Shown piece after piece: positions 1-9,689 of a stretch of 64,000 nt of DNA. Position 1 is the first letter of the stretch, and each line of letters begins with the position of its first letter. A program made the position numbers and the translations under genes. The DNA lies in assembly GCA_036273755.1 (NCBI GenBank), contig DASUGZ010000172.1:4122-68121 (forward strand), read 5' to 3'. The stretch is from Pseudolabrys sp. Lineage in GTDB: Bacteria; Pseudomonadota; Alphaproteobacteria; Rhizobiales; Xanthobacteraceae. The notes beneath the pieces are model-generated. The model did not search any database. It was not told where the DNA came from and worked only from the letters and a program-made list of their open reading frames with translations.

Positions 1-300
1 GACCGTGCCGGGCGTGCGCTTCCACTCGGCGACGACGTCGGCGACCGCCGGATCGTCCGCGTCGACCGGCTTGACGATCGCCATGCGGCCGGGATGGGCC
101 TTTTGCACTTCCACGGCATAGCTCGCGTCGTATTGGTACAGCGAGCGGGCGGAAATGAAGATCGCGCCGTCGACGCCGACTTTGTCCATCGCCGCGCACA
201 TCTCGTCGCCGGTGACGTGCGGCGGCCAGTTCGGCACCTCGTGCCAGGGGCGCTTCGGGGTGTTGGCTTCGTAAGCGTGGACTTGGGAATCGATGATCAC
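1..300 (-). CDS. amidohydrolase-family (TIM-barrel metal-dependent hydrolase) protein; only the N-terminal 100 codons are present because the gene runs off the window start
   Basis: The reverse frame is open to position 1. GTG at 298-300 follows AGGAG (revcomp of 307-311) by 6 nt. The translation VIIDSQVHAYEANTPKRPWHEVPNWPPHVTGDEMCAAMDKVGVDGAIFISARSLYQYD... has the xIDxHxH-type start typical of amidohydrolase_2 proteins. It is absent from the ORF track because it is truncated by the edge. Confidence 0.55.
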   Translation of the reverse strand, partial: MIIDSQVHAYEANTPKRPWHEVPNWPPHVTGDEMCAAMDKVGVDGAIFISARSLYQYDASYAVEVQKAHPGRMAIVKPVDADDPAVADVVAEWKRTPGTV

Positions 301-451
301 CGGCAACTCCTTTGCTCATTCCGCGCACATCGCAGCAGGTCGCGCTGCCTGTGTCCAGTTGGATGGCTGGACCCACAAACTGCGATAAGGCGCAATCTCG
401 GAATAGCCAGACCCGTCGACTTGTTATTTTAGGATCATCAGGGACCGCCGC

Positions 452-907
452 ATGACCACCCCCAGCTCCCATCCTGCGCTTTCGGCCACCGACAGCCTGG
501 CCAACAGCATGTCCGATATCATTCTCCTGCTCGGCCGGATCCTGCTCGGGTGGGTCTTTGTCCGCAGCGGCTTTCCCAAGATGTTCGATATCGCCCACGT
601 CGCGGCCAGCTTTCCGCCGCGCGGCATCCCGGCCTTCATGGCCTATATTTCCGTTCCGGTGGAATTTTTCGGCGGACTGGCGCTGATTTTCGGGTTGGCG
701 ACGCGCTACGTCTCGCTGCTCTTCGTTGTCTTCATCTTGGTGGCGACGTTCAGCTCGCATCGCTACTGGAATTTCCCGGCGGCGCAGCAGGTCGCGCAGG
801 CGAGCAATTTCTACAAGAACCTGGGGATACTGGGCGGGGTCTTTTTCCTGTTCGCCGTGGGACCGGGCCGGCTAAGCTTTGATAGCTGGTTGGGCGGCCG
901 CACCTAG
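452..907 (+). CDS. DoxX family membrane protein
   Basis: 151-aa ORF with four hydrophobic segments. The motif LLGRILLGWVFVRSGFPK...VEFFGGLALIFGLATRY...NLGILGGVFFLFAVGPGRLSFD is characteristic of DoxX/DoxD-like proteins. Confidence 0.85.
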   Translation: MTTPSSHPALSATDSLANSMSDIILLLGRILLGWVFVRSGFPKMFDIAHVAASFPPRGIPAFMAYISVPVEFFGGLALIFGLATRYVSLLFVVFILVATFSSHRYWNFPAAQQVAQASNFYKNLGILGGVFFLFAVGPGRLSFDSWLGGRT

Positions 908-1025
908 CCGCCGTGCCTTAAGGCTTCCGTCGCCAGAAAAACTCGACGCATTTCCGGCCCCGATGTGAACGTATCTTTGGTGTGCCGCGACCTATACTCG
1001 TCGTGGCAATCTCGGAGGGGCATCG

Positions 1026-1247
1026 ATGACCGGCAAGCAAAGCGAAAAAACCGACGCCAAAAAGACGAACCCGGGCAAGATCGCGCTGATCGGCGGGATC
1101 GGGACCGCGCTCGCGATCTTCAACCTGACGACCAACGGCGGCGAGGGGCCGTCGCAGGCGCTTTTGATCCTGCAATACCTGTTGCTCGCCTGCGGCGTTT
1201 TCGCGCTCGTCGGCGGCCTGATCATGATGGCGATGGCGAAGAACTGA
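1026..1247 (+). CDS. small two-helix membrane protein (hypothetical)
   Basis: 73-aa ORF. GGAGGGG (1014-1020) lies 5 nt before the ATG. Two hydrophobic helices (IALIGGIGTALAIF and LLILQYLLLACGVFALVGGLIMMAM) follow a Lys-rich N-terminus. No family recognised. Confidence 0.55.
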   Translation: MTGKQSEKTDAKKTNPGKIALIGGIGTALAIFNLTTNGGEGPSQALLILQYLLLACGVFALVGGLIMMAMAKN

Positions 1248-1273
1248 AGCGGGCGCTCTCGCGGCGGCAGCGC

Positions 1274-2044
1274 TCAGGCGGTCTCTTGCGCCTGGCCCGG
1301 ATGCTTGCCGGCGCGTTGCGGCAGGATCAGCAGGCAGGCGAGGATGAAGGCGGCGATCAGCGCCGACGCGATCGGCCGGCTCAGCGCCAGACCACCGTGA
1401 GACACCGGCTTGTCGAGGAAGTCGCCGACGGTTGCGCCCAACGGTCGCGTTAGGATGAACGCGATCCAAAACAGCGTCACGCGCGAGACGCCGGTCCAGG
1501 CGTAGAGCGCGGCGACCACGGCGAGCGCGGCGGCAAACACCAGCGCGCCGTATTCGTAGCCGAGTCCGGTCGAGTCCGCGGTCCAGTCGCCGAGCGCGGT
1601 GCCGAGCGTCTGCGAGAAGGTGATCGCCGCCCAGTAGAACATCTCGACTTTCGGCGTCGCCACGGTGTCGACCGCGATGGTGCCTTGCGACCAATACCAA
1701 AGCGCAAGCACCGCCACGAGGCAGGCGAGCAGCAGCGTCGAGCCGCCGGCATAGCCGATGCCGAGCGAGCGGTCCGCGAAATCCGCCATGGTGGTGCCGA
1801 AGGTGGTGGAAGCGATGATGGTCGCCCAATAGAGGAACGGGTGAAATTTGTCGGCGACGATCTGCCATGCGACCAGCACGATCAGCGCGGCGAGGAACAG
1901 CGCAGTTCCAGCGAGATAGCCCCAGTGCATGGTCATGGTGACGGTGTCGCCGCCGGTCTCGCCCAATGTCGTCGCGGCGATCTTGATCAGCCAGAAAATG
2001 AGGGTGACTTCAGGAACTTTGCTCGGTGCGGCGGTTTTGGTCAT
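1274..2044 (-). CDS. polytopic membrane protein with four internal repeats (COG4705-like, uncharacterised)
   Basis: 256-aa ORF, about 8 TM segments. The motif [FY]W..I...T.G...GD recurs four times: IFWLIKIAATTLGETGGD, LYWATIIASTTFGTTMAD, FYWAAITFSQTLGTALGD and LFWIAFILTRPLGATVGD. Confidence 0.8.
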   Translation of the reverse strand: MTKTAAPSKVPEVTLIFWLIKIAATTLGETGGDTVTMTMHWGYLAGTALFLAALIVLVAWQIVADKFHPFLYWATIIASTTFGTTMADFADRSLGIGYAGGSTLLLACLVAVLALWYWSQGTIAVDTVATPKVEMFYWAAITFSQTLGTALGDWTADSTGLGYEYGALVFAAALAVVAALYAWTGVSRVTLFWIAFILTRPLGATVGDFLDKPVSHGGLALSRPIASALIAAFILACLLILPQRAGKHPGQAQETA

Positions 2045-2206
2045 CGGGACCGATCCATTCAGTGTGGCTGACCAGCACCGCGATCCGCGCGGCCCGGCGT
2101 CGTCCCCGGCTCACTTGGTATAAAAGACTGCTTTGGCACATTTTCCAGGGGCTTTCCTGCCATTTCGGTTCCCCATACAGTCGCCTTAACCGACTACCGC
2201 TTCGAA

Positions 2207-4357
2207 ATGGACCCCATGCGCGCCCGCCGCGACGCCGCTATCCGACTGCTGAAAGTGATGATGGTGGCCGCGGTGGCGATTCCGGTCGCCATCTTCACTT
2301 ATGCCAGTTGGGTGGCCTACCACAACGCCTACAAGGAAGCCGACGCCCATCTGTGGGCGAATCTCGGCATCATGTCCGAGCACACGTCGCGGATCTTTCA
2401 GTCCGTCGATCTGACCTTCACCGCCGTCGACGCTATCGCCGGCGGGTTGACCGACGCGCAGCTCAAGGCGGCGGAACCCACCTTGCATGGGCAACTGAAT
2501 AAGCTGGAAAAGGCGAACGAGGCGGTGGACGTCATTCTGATCACCGATGCCGAGGGGCGCGTGCTGGTGTCCTCGACGCTCTCGCCGGTGCCCGACACGG
2601 TTACCGTCGGCGACCGCGACTATTTCCTGGCGCAGAAGGACCGCGACGCTGGAATCGTCGTCGGCGCGGTGCTGCATCCCCGCGTGCGTCGGAGCGACGG
2701 TGATTTTTTCGGGGTCAGCCGCAGGCGCGCGTCGCCGGACGGCAAATTCACCGGGATCATCATGGTTGCGGTGGAAACGAAAGTGTTCACCGAGTTCTAT
2801 GCACAGCTCGCACGTGACGCCGGCGGCGGCGGTTTCTCGCTGGCGCGGGCAGACGGCATGATCCTGGCGCGCTATCCGCCGGCGCCCAATGGCGCGGCGC
2901 GCTTCGGTGCGCAGAGCGGCTTCATGCGCAACGTGCCGAGATTCCCCAGCGGCACTGTCCTGACCACCGAACATTCCATCGAAGGCGTGGAGCGGCGCAT
3001 CGCCTTCCGTCCACTGGGCTTCGGCACTCTCTATGTGTCGGACGGCGTGACAACCGACGCAATCATAGCCGACTGGCTGCGCGCCATGACGGCGCATCTT
3101 TATTTCGGTATCCCCGCGGTGATCGTGCTGCTTGCGCTGACGCTGATGACCAAGCGGCGTACGCGCGAGTTTTACGCCGAAGCCGAGCGGCGCGAGCTCG
3201 CGGAGCAGGCACTGCGCCAGGCGCAGAAGATGGAGGCGGTCGGCCAATTGACCGGCGGCGTCGCTCACGATTTCAACAACCTGCTCACGATCATTATCGG
3301 CAATCTCGGTATCGCCCGGCGCGGCGTGGTCGAGGCGCGCGCCGAACGGGCCCTCGACAACGCGCTGGCCGGCGCCAGCCGCGCCGCGCAATTGACGCAG
3401 CGCCTGCTCGCCTTCTCGCGTCAGCAGCCGCTCAACCCGCTCGCGCTCGACGTCAACAAGCTGATCGTGAGCATGTCCGACCTGCTCAACCGCTCGCTCG
3501 GGGAAAATATCGCGCTCGAGACGATCAGCGGCGCCGGACTATGGACGGTGGAGGCCGACGCGCCAGAACTGGAATCGTCGCTGCTCAACCTCGCGCTCAA
3601 TGCGCGCGATGCCATGCCGAACGGCGGCAAGCTGACCATCGAGACCAGCAACGCCTATCTCGACGATGACTATTGTCGCGTGCACGAAGGGATCGCGCCG
3701 GGGCAATACGTGCTGGTTGCGGTGTCCGATAACGGTGGCGGCATGCCGGCGGCGACGATCGAACGCGCTTTCGACCCGTTCTTCACCACCAAGGATACCG
3801 GCAAGGGCACGGGCCTCGGCCTCAGCCAGGTCTACGGTTTCGTCAAGCAGTCGGGCGGCCACGTGAAGATCTACAGCGAGCTTGGCGAGGGCACTACGGT
3901 CAAGCTTTATCTGCCGCGCTTCCATGGTGAAGAGCGGGTGGTGGTGGCGGAAGAGCCGGCCGGCTCCGACCGCGGCCGCGGCGAGACCATTCTGGTGGTG
4001 GAGGACGACGACGGCGTGCGCCAATACGCCGCCGAGATTCTGCGCGACCTGGGCTACCAGGTGATCGAGGCTAGGGATTCGGCGTCGGCGCTGCGTCTGC
4101 TCGACGCCGACAAAACATTCGACCTCATGCTCACCGACGTGGTGCTGCCGGGCAAGAACGGCCGCGAGCTCGCCGACGAGGTCAAGCGGCGGCGGCCGGA
4201 TGCCAAGATCGTGTTCATGACCGGCTATTCACGCAATGCGATTGTTCACCAGGGCCGGCTTGATCCCGGCACCGAGCTGATCTCCAAGCCGCTGATCGAG
4301 GGGATAGTGGCGCGCAAGATCCGCCAGGTGCTCGACGCCCCGCCGCCCGAACCTTGA
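2207..4357 (+). CDS. hybrid sensor histidine kinase/response regulator with periplasmic Cache-like sensor domain
   Basis: 716 aa. It has an N-terminal TM, a ~270-aa extracytoplasmic region and a second TM. The H-box is [14 protein letters not shown]. The N/G boxes are [20 protein letters not shown] and GTGLGLS. The C-terminal receiver reads [11 protein letters not shown]...[10 protein letters not shown]...KIVFMTGY. Confidence 0.9.
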   Translation: MDPMRARRDAAIRLLKVMMVAAVAIPVAIFTYASWVAYHNAYKEADAHLWANLGIMSEHTSRIFQSVDLTFTAVDAIAGGLTDAQLKAAEPTLHGQLNKLEKANEAVDVILITDAEGRVLVSSTLSPVPDTVTVGDRDYFLAQKDRDAGIVVGAVLHPRVRRSDGDFFGVSRRRASPDGKFTGIIMVAVETKVFTEFYAQLARDAGGGGFSLARADGMILARYPPAPNGAARFGAQSGFMRNVPRFPSGTVLTTEHSIEGVERRIAFRPLGFGTLYVSDGVTTDAIIADWLRAMTAHLYFGIPAVIVLLALTLMTKRRTREFYAEAERRELAEQALRQAQKMEAVGQLTGGVAHDFNNLLTIIIGNLGIARRGVVEARAERALDNALAGASRAAQLTQRLLAFSRQQPLNPLALDVNKLIVSMSDLLNRSLGENIALETISGAGLWTVEADAPELESSLLNLALNARDAMPNGGKLTIETSNAYLDDDYCRVHEGIAPGQYVLVAVSDNGGGMPAATIERAFDPFFTTKDTGKGTGLGLSQVYGFVKQSGGHVKIYSELGEGTTVKLYLPRFHGEERVVVAEEPAGSDRGRGETILVVEDDDGVRQYAAEILRDLGYQVIEARDSASALRLLDADKTFDLMLTDVVLPGKNGRELADEVKRRRPDAKIVFMTGYSRNAIVHQGRLDPGTELISKPLIEGIVARKIRQVLDAPPPEP

Positions 4358-4433
4358 ATCTGTTCGTGGGCCGGATGGCTGCGCTCTTTGCCTAACTAAA
4401 GAGCGAGCGCTGTCTCGATGAGGTGGTCAGGCC

Positions 4434-4715
4434 CTACGGCTTTTTGGCGAAGAAGTTGCACCAGCCGTTCGCCGAAACGCCGCCTGCGACCCGTTGACAG
4501 GCGCTCGGCGGGTGGAAGGAGCTGCACTGCGTGCAGCTCAACCCATTGTTGGGGTGGTCCTGGTACTTCGCCGTGCGCTGATCGGTTTTGGCCGGCGCCG
4601 CAGCCACGTCGTTCGCAGCAAGCAAGATTGCCGCGCTGGCGGCGCCGACCAAGGTCGGAAGCACTTGCCGGCGCGACAGTGGCGCGTCGGGACCGCGTTT
4701 GCGATGGCTCGACAT
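4434..4715 (-). CDS. high-potential iron-sulfur protein (HiPIP) with twin-arginine signal peptide
   Basis: 93 aa. The Tat motif is SRRQVLPTLVGAASAAILLA. The Cys spacing C-x2-C-x8-C-x12-C, with a GW preceding the last Cys (LSCTQCSSFHPPSACQRVAGGVSANGWCNFFAKK), matches HiPIP. Confidence 0.8.
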   Translation of the reverse strand: MSSHRKRGPDAPLSRRQVLPTLVGAASAAILLAANDVAAAPAKTDQRTAKYQDHPNNGLSCTQCSSFHPPSACQRVAGGVSANGWCNFFAKKP

Positions 4716-4780
4716 GGCACACCTCGGTTGCCGTTGTCAGCGCAACGCGAGGCGTCCGGACGAAGTTCCGTGCCAGCCGT

Positions 4781-5044
4781 CTATTTCGGTTCTCGGGAAA
4801 CGCGTGGTTCCAGCTTGTGGTGCAGACGGTCGGCGTCCGTCAGGGTATTGACCACGGCGGCGGCGGCAGCCGCGATCGCGCCGATGATGCCTTTGGGCTT
4901 GGCGGCCGGCTTCCTCTTTCTGGCCGCGGGCTTGGCTTTCTTCTTGACTGCTTTCTTCACGACCCTGCGTTTCTTACTCGCCCGCGCGGGCGTCTTTTTT
5001 CTCTTGCCCTTGGCAGCGGATTTTTTCCGCGTCTTCTTGGCCAT
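4781..5044 (-). CDS. lysine/arginine-rich histone H1-like small protein with Ala-rich hydrophobic segment
   Basis: I place the start at ATG 5044, which has AAGGGGA upstream, rather than at the ORF-track start 5080. The translation is MAKKTRKKSAAKGKRKKTPARASKKRRVVKKAVKKKAKPAARKRKPAAKPKGIIGAIAAAAAAVVNTLTDADRLHHKLEPRVSREPK. Confidence 0.6.
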   Translation of the reverse strand: MAKKTRKKSAAKGKRKKTPARASKKRRVVKKAVKKKAKPAARKRKPAAKPKGIIGAIAAAAAAVVNTLTDADRLHHKLEPRVSREPK

Positions 5045-5157
5045 CGGCGATCCCCTTTTGATGAAACTTCGCCAGGCCACCCTAGGCTGCTGCGCGTTCG
5101 CGCGCCAGGGGCGATGGCGTGGTCAGTAGCGTCGCGACAATAGGGGATCGTGCGGCC

Positions 5158-6501
5158 TTACGCCGCGCGGACGCGGTTGAAGAAGGTGGCGACTTTGGCT
5201 TCGAGATCGCCAGCGCGCGCCACCAACCGCCCCGTCAGGTCGGCAATCTCGTTGAATGCCGTCGCGGTCGTGCCGGCGGTCTGCTCGATCGAACGGATTT
5301 CGGCCGACGCGCTCGCGGTGTGACCGGCAGCGGTCTGCATGCTGCCGGCGATATCGCGCGTGGTCGCGCTTTGCTCTTCCACTGCTGCCGCAATTGTCGA
5401 CGCAGCGGCGGTCAAGTGCTCGATGGCGCGTGCGATTGAGGAAATTTCGTCGACCGATCTGCGCGTCGCCTCCTGAATGGAAGCAACCTGTTGCGATATC
5501 TCGTCGGTGGCGCGCGAGGTCTGATTGGCCAGCGCCTTCACTTCCGAAGCCACGACCGCAAAGCCCTTGCCCGCCTCGCCGGCCCGCGCCGCCTCGATGG
5601 TGGCATTGAGCGCCAGTAAGTTGGTCTGCGCGGCGATCGTGGAAATAATATTGACGATGGAGCCGATGTGCTCGGCGGTATCGTTGAGCGAGAGGATTGT
5701 CTTTTGCGTACGCTGGGTATCGCCGACCGCGGCCCTCGCCATGTCGAGGCCGAGCGTCGCCTCCTGGCCGATATGCTGGATCGAAGCCGACAGCTCCTCG
5801 GTCGCGTGGCCGGTCATCGTCACGCGCTCGGTGGTTTCCGCCGCCGCCGCTGACGCCACCGCCATGCGCTTGAGCGTATCGCCGGCGACTTCACGCAAGC
5901 TCGTAGAAGTCGCGGTCAACGACGTCGCGGCGCCGGTGACGGCGGCAAGCACCTCGCCGATGGTGCCGCCGAAGTCCGCGATTGCCGCGTCGATTGTCTT
6001 GCCGCGCTCGGCCGCGGCGCGTTCCGCCGCTTCGCGGTGCAGGGTCATGGCGTTGGCGACATCAAACGCGATAACTTGCGATACCAGCTTGGCCGCCGCG
6101 GCGAGCTTGGCCGGCGAAAAACGATGCTTGCGCGCAAGGGCGTCGACTGCGGCGCGCAGCACGTAGTTTCCGGCGGTGCTGCGCAGGCGGCCGTCGAAAC
6201 CGAGCGCGGACTCCTGCGCCACGGTCTTTTTGCAAGACTCGAAGTAACTTTCATCGAGCTCGCCGCCGAGCAGCGCTTTGAGGTGCGACAGTTCGAGCTG
6301 CTTGATGTGTTGTCTGTTCGGTTCGACGACCGCGCCAATTTTCGGCAATACAGCCGTCGCGTCCAGAATAGCGTCGACCGCCCGGTCGAGGTGGGGCGCG
6401 ACGGTCGGCCAGATTTGCCTGATTTCGTCGCGCGCGCCGGGGCTCAGGTCGTAAAGGTCGAATCGAGCCTCGACGTTCTGGATTGTTTCGCGCAGCGGCA
6501 T
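5158..6501 (-). CDS. globin-coupled sensor / methyl-accepting chemotaxis protein (HemAT-like, apparently soluble)
   Basis: Start refined to ATG 6501 ([19 protein letters not shown]...). The N-terminal ~170 aa look like a protoglobin sensor domain. The C-terminal MCP signalling domain has the conserved hairpin [40 protein letters not shown]. No TM segments are evident. Confidence 0.8.
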   Translation of the reverse strand: MPLRETIQNVEARFDLYDLSPGARDEIRQIWPTVAPHLDRAVDAILDATAVLPKIGAVVEPNRQHIKQLELSHLKALLGGELDESYFESCKKTVAQESALGFDGRLRSTAGNYVLRAAVDALARKHRFSPAKLAAAAKLVSQVIAFDVANAMTLHREAAERAAAERGKTIDAAIADFGGTIGEVLAAVTGAATSLTATSTSLREVAGDTLKRMAVASAAAAETTERVTMTGHATEELSASIQHIGQEATLGLDMARAAVGDTQRTQKTILSLNDTAEHIGSIVNIISTIAAQTNLLALNATIEAARAGEAGKGFAVVASEVKALANQTSRATDEISQQVASIQEATRRSVDEISSIARAIEHLTAAASTIAAAVEEQSATTRDIAGSMQTAAGHTASASAEIRSIEQTAGTTATAFNEIADLTGRLVARAGDLEAKVATFFNRVRAA

Positions 6502-6698
6502 GGGCCTGGCAATTGGACCTTGCGATCTGACTGAAAAACAGCGGTTCCAACAATATCCTGGATTGGTTGTGCCAATATTAACGATAGCGAAACGCACCGC
6601 CATCGCTGCAATTTCGTGCCGTCAAAGCTGGCGATTTTGCCGGTCATGCGATAAAGGCGGGGCCTGCGATAGCAGACCAATAGTCAGGGAGGACAGAC

Positions 6699-7604
6699 GT
6701 GCCCGCTTCAATGCAAGGTGAATTTCAACCGGCGATCTACCGCTTCAAGCTCGGCGGTTTCGAGGTTGCGACCATCATGGACAGCTACGTCATCCGCCCC
6801 GGGCTGACGCCCTCGTTCGGCGGCGAGGCGCATGCCGCGGAGGTCAAGGCGCTGGCTGCGGCCAACCGCATCGACGCCGACCGCTACTTCCACCCGTTCA
6901 CGCCGATGCTGGTCAATACCGGCAAAGAGCTGGTGCTGTTCGACACCGGCAACGGCTCGCTGTCCGCGGAATACGAGCAGATGAAGGGCCGCCTGCCGCC
7001 GGGCCAACTCGTCACCCGCATGGCTCAGATCGGCTACAAGCCCGAGGACGTCGACGTGGTGGTGATCACGCATGGCCACCCCGATCATATCGGAGGCTTG
7101 ATGAAAGGCGGCCAACCGGTCTTCCCCAACGCGCGCTATGTGTTCGGCGCCGCCGAATTCGATTTCTGGAACAAAGGCGAGAACGTGCGCGAGGCGCGCA
7201 AGTTCAACCGCGAGCTTTATGTGAAGATCGTCGTGCCGCTGGCGAACCGCGCGACCATGATCAAGCCTGGCGACACGGTGGTGCCGGGCATCACCGCCGT
7301 CGACGCCTTTGGTCATTCGCCGGGGCTCATGGCCTTCATGATCGAGAGCGAGGGCAAGAAGGTGCTCAACTGGGCCGACACCTGCAATCATTATGTAATC
7401 GCGGTGCAGCGGCCGGATCTGCATCTCGACGTCGACGACGACAAGGACAAGGCGGTGGCGACCCGCAAGCGTATTCTCGACATGGTGGCGACCGATAAAT
7501 TGTTCGTCGCCGGCTATCACATGCCGTTGCCCGGCTTGGGCTGGGTGGAGAAGACCGGCAACGGCTATCGCTTCGTGCAGCACAGTTATCAGATGAATTT
7601 GTAG
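6699..7604 (+). CDS. MBL-fold metallo-hydrolase
   Basis: 301 aa. The GTG start follows GGGAGGA. It carries the HxHxDH motif ITHGHPDHIGG and a later GHSPG. Confidence 0.85.
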   Translation: MPASMQGEFQPAIYRFKLGGFEVATIMDSYVIRPGLTPSFGGEAHAAEVKALAAANRIDADRYFHPFTPMLVNTGKELVLFDTGNGSLSAEYEQMKGRLPPGQLVTRMAQIGYKPEDVDVVVITHGHPDHIGGLMKGGQPVFPNARYVFGAAEFDFWNKGENVREARKFNRELYVKIVVPLANRATMIKPGDTVVPGITAVDAFGHSPGLMAFMIESEGKKVLNWADTCNHYVIAVQRPDLHLDVDDDKDKAVATRKRILDMVATDKLFVAGYHMPLPGLGWVEKTGNGYRFVQHSYQMNL

Positions 7605-7605
7605 G

Positions 7606-8640
7606 CTAAGACTCCCGCCTTCGCGCCGCCATCGCGATCGACAACAACGTGCGCTGGGCGATTGCTTCGGCGAGCGCGGCGTTGCGCCGCGCCTCGAGCG
7701 AAGCTTCGGCGAGCTGAGTCATGGTGCGCAACAACCGCGGCGGCGTCCAGGCGCGCAGCGCGGCTTCGACGTCCTTCTTGCGGGTGAAATGCACCGGCGG
7801 CGCGCCGCGCATCATCGCGAACTCGATAGAATCGCCGCCGTCGACCGCAAGCTTCATCTTGTGCAGGTTGGCGACTTGGCGGATGGCGGCGGAAACAATC
7901 GCTGCTGGCGACGAGCCGCCGCCACGGGCTTTACCGAATTCATTTTCCACTTCGCGCGTGTTGCCGGCGAAGGCCGCGTCGATGACGCCGTCGAGCGCCT
8001 GATCGGATGCATCCGCCACCACCGCCATCACGTCGGCAAGCTCGACGCGCTCGCGGCCCGCGGCGTAGACGGCGAGCTTGCGCAACTCGCTGCGCGAGGC
8101 AAGGCGATCGCCGCCGAGCAGCGCGGTAAGCGCTGCGCGCGCGTCAGGCGAAAGCGTCAGCTTGGCGTCGCGCATTTCCTCGTCGATCAGCCGCGCCAAG
8201 TCGCGTTCGTTGTCCGGGTAGCAGCCGATGGCGGCGCCGGCCTTAGCCTTCTCGAACAGCGCGCGCAGTGGCGCGGTTTTGCGCAACTCGCCGGCCTCGA
8301 CGACGATGCGGCAATCGCGCGGCGGCGCTTCCAGCACCACCGCGATCGAAGGCACGATGTTGTGGCGCGAATTGACCCGCAGCAATACGGCGCGCCGGCC
8401 GCCGAACAGCGGCACCGTGTTGGCTTCGTCGGCGAGCCGCCCCGGATTGGCCGACAATTCCTCGCTCTCGATGCGCGCCAGCGCGAAGGGATCGGCGGGG
8501 TCGTCGACCGAGGCGCGGACCAGCGCGTCGACGCGCTCGCGCACCAGCCCTGCGTCCGGCCCGTGGACCAGAACGACCGGCTGCGCCGGATCGGGCTTGG
8601 CGACGAAGCGGTCGATGTCGGAGGTCTTGATGGCGGTCAT
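7606..8640 (-). CDS. holA: DNA polymerase III subunit delta
   Basis: 344 aa. The N-terminus reads FVAKPDPAQPVVLVHGPDAGLVRERVDAL, and length and position downstream of leuS-lptE fit holA. The assignment rests on recollected family features and synteny. Confidence 0.8.
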   Translation of the reverse strand: MTAIKTSDIDRFVAKPDPAQPVVLVHGPDAGLVRERVDALVRASVDDPADPFALARIESEELSANPGRLADEANTVPLFGGRRAVLLRVNSRHNIVPSIAVVLEAPPRDCRIVVEAGELRKTAPLRALFEKAKAGAAIGCYPDNERDLARLIDEEMRDAKLTLSPDARAALTALLGGDRLASRSELRKLAVYAAGRERVELADVMAVVADASDQALDGVIDAAFAGNTREVENEFGKARGGGSSPAAIVSAAIRQVANLHKMKLAVDGGDSIEFAMMRGAPPVHFTRKKDVEAALRAWTPPRLLRTMTQLAEASLEARRNAALAEAIAQRTLLSIAMAARRRES

Positions 8641-8687
8641 CTTGACGCCAAGCTAATGCGCGCCAAAGGGTGACGCAATGGAAGCAA

Positions 8688-9689
8688 TCACAGCGGCCGC
8701 AGCAAAACCTGGTCGCTGAGCTGCGCCGATTCGGCCTGCGCAATCTGGTAGCCGCCGCGAGCGGCCAAGGGAGCGAAACCCTCCAGCCCACGCGGCGTCA
8801 GCTTGAACCGGGTGGCGGTAATCATGCGGCGCCGCGCCTCGTCGGCGCTGGTCACCGAACCGGTGACCGATCGGGCACCGCCGGCGTGCAGCGCCTGCAG
8901 GTTGGCAACAATCGCCGCGTCACTGCCGTATTCGAACAGTCCACCTTCTGACGAAGCGGCAATTACGGCGCCCGATGCGGCGAGATCGCGCACCAACACT
9001 TCGAGCGGCCCCGCGGCGTTCCAATCGTAGCTGCGGTGATCGAAGGCGATGTCGAGACCGGCGAGCGGTGCGTCCGCGGCCATCAGCGCGGCCAGCGCAT
9101 TCTTTCCGAAGAATGGCCCCGCGTCGTCGGGATCGAGCACATGGATGACGACGCGCCGCCGCAGCAAAGCGCCATCGCGGCGATTGAGCATGATCAGCGT
9201 GTTCATGCTGTCGATCGCCGGGCCGCCGGCGATGTTGATCAAATGCAGTGGCACCGTTTTGGCCTCGTCCAACTCCGCCGCCAGCGCGTCGGCGGTGAGT
9301 CGCGCGACCTGTTGCGTTCGCAGCCGCAGCAGTGTGAGCGGAGCCGCCGCCGCCATGCGCCGATCCATCGGGCCGTCGTAAGGCGGCATCAGGTTGTCAG
9401 CGCCGAGCTTCATGGCGTAGGTGCTCATGCCGTCGACAAACGTCGCATCGCCGCCGAAAAGCGCCTGAAGCATGAGCGAGCGCTTGGCCGCCGATTTCAT
9501 CAGCCAGCGCATGATAAACTTCGGCATGCGCCGGTTGCGGCGCTCCTCTGCGGCCGCTGCGTCAAAGAGCCGGCGCAGACTGTCCGGATCGTCCGCCACG
9601 GTGAAACGCGGATCGGCGACGTCGATTACAGGCAGCACGTAGCCTGCGCGCGTCGCCGCGCAAATGAGCTTTGCATCGGTGGTGACCAT
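8688..9689 (-). CDS. hypothetical protein, Rossmann/class-I SAM-methyltransferase-like fold suspected
   Basis: The ORF track gives 8688..9722 with a GTG start. I prefer ATG 9689, which has AGGTG upstream. The motifs LHLINIAGGPAIDS, VVIHVLDPDD and VIAASSEGGLFEY are arranged like MTase motifs I, II and IV. GC3-rich codon usage matches the neighbours. No specific family recognised. Confidence 0.6.
   Translation of the reverse strand: MVTTDAKLICAATRAGYVLPVIDVADPRFTVADDPDSLRRLFDAAAAEERRNRRMPKFIMRWLMKSAAKRSLMLQALFGGDATFVDGMSTYAMKLGADNLMPPYDGPMDRRMAAAAPLTLLRLRTQQVARLTADALAAELDEAKTVPLHLINIAGGPAIDSMNTLIMLNRRDGALLRRRVVIHVLDPDDAGPFFGKNALAALMAADAPLAGLDIAFDHRSYDWNAAGPLEVLVRDLAASGAVIAASSEGGLFEYGSDAAIVANLQALHAGGARSVTGSVTSADEARRRMITATRFKLTPRGLEGFAPLAARGGYQIAQAESAQLSDQVLLRPL

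Noticed and set aside
94-432. 112-aa plus-strand ORF at the window start
   Set aside because: It is antisense to the amidohydrolase N-terminus and runs into the divergent promoter region. The translation is not protein-like.
2134-2149. TGGCAC hexamer suggesting a sigma-54 promoter upstream of the hybrid kinase
   Set aside because: Ten nucleotides after the GG, the sequence is AG rather than GC (TGGCACATTTTCCAG), so there is no -12 element.
2186-3391. 401-aa minus-strand ORF
   Set aside because: It is antisense to the hybrid histidine kinase, whose H, N and G boxes identify the real frame.
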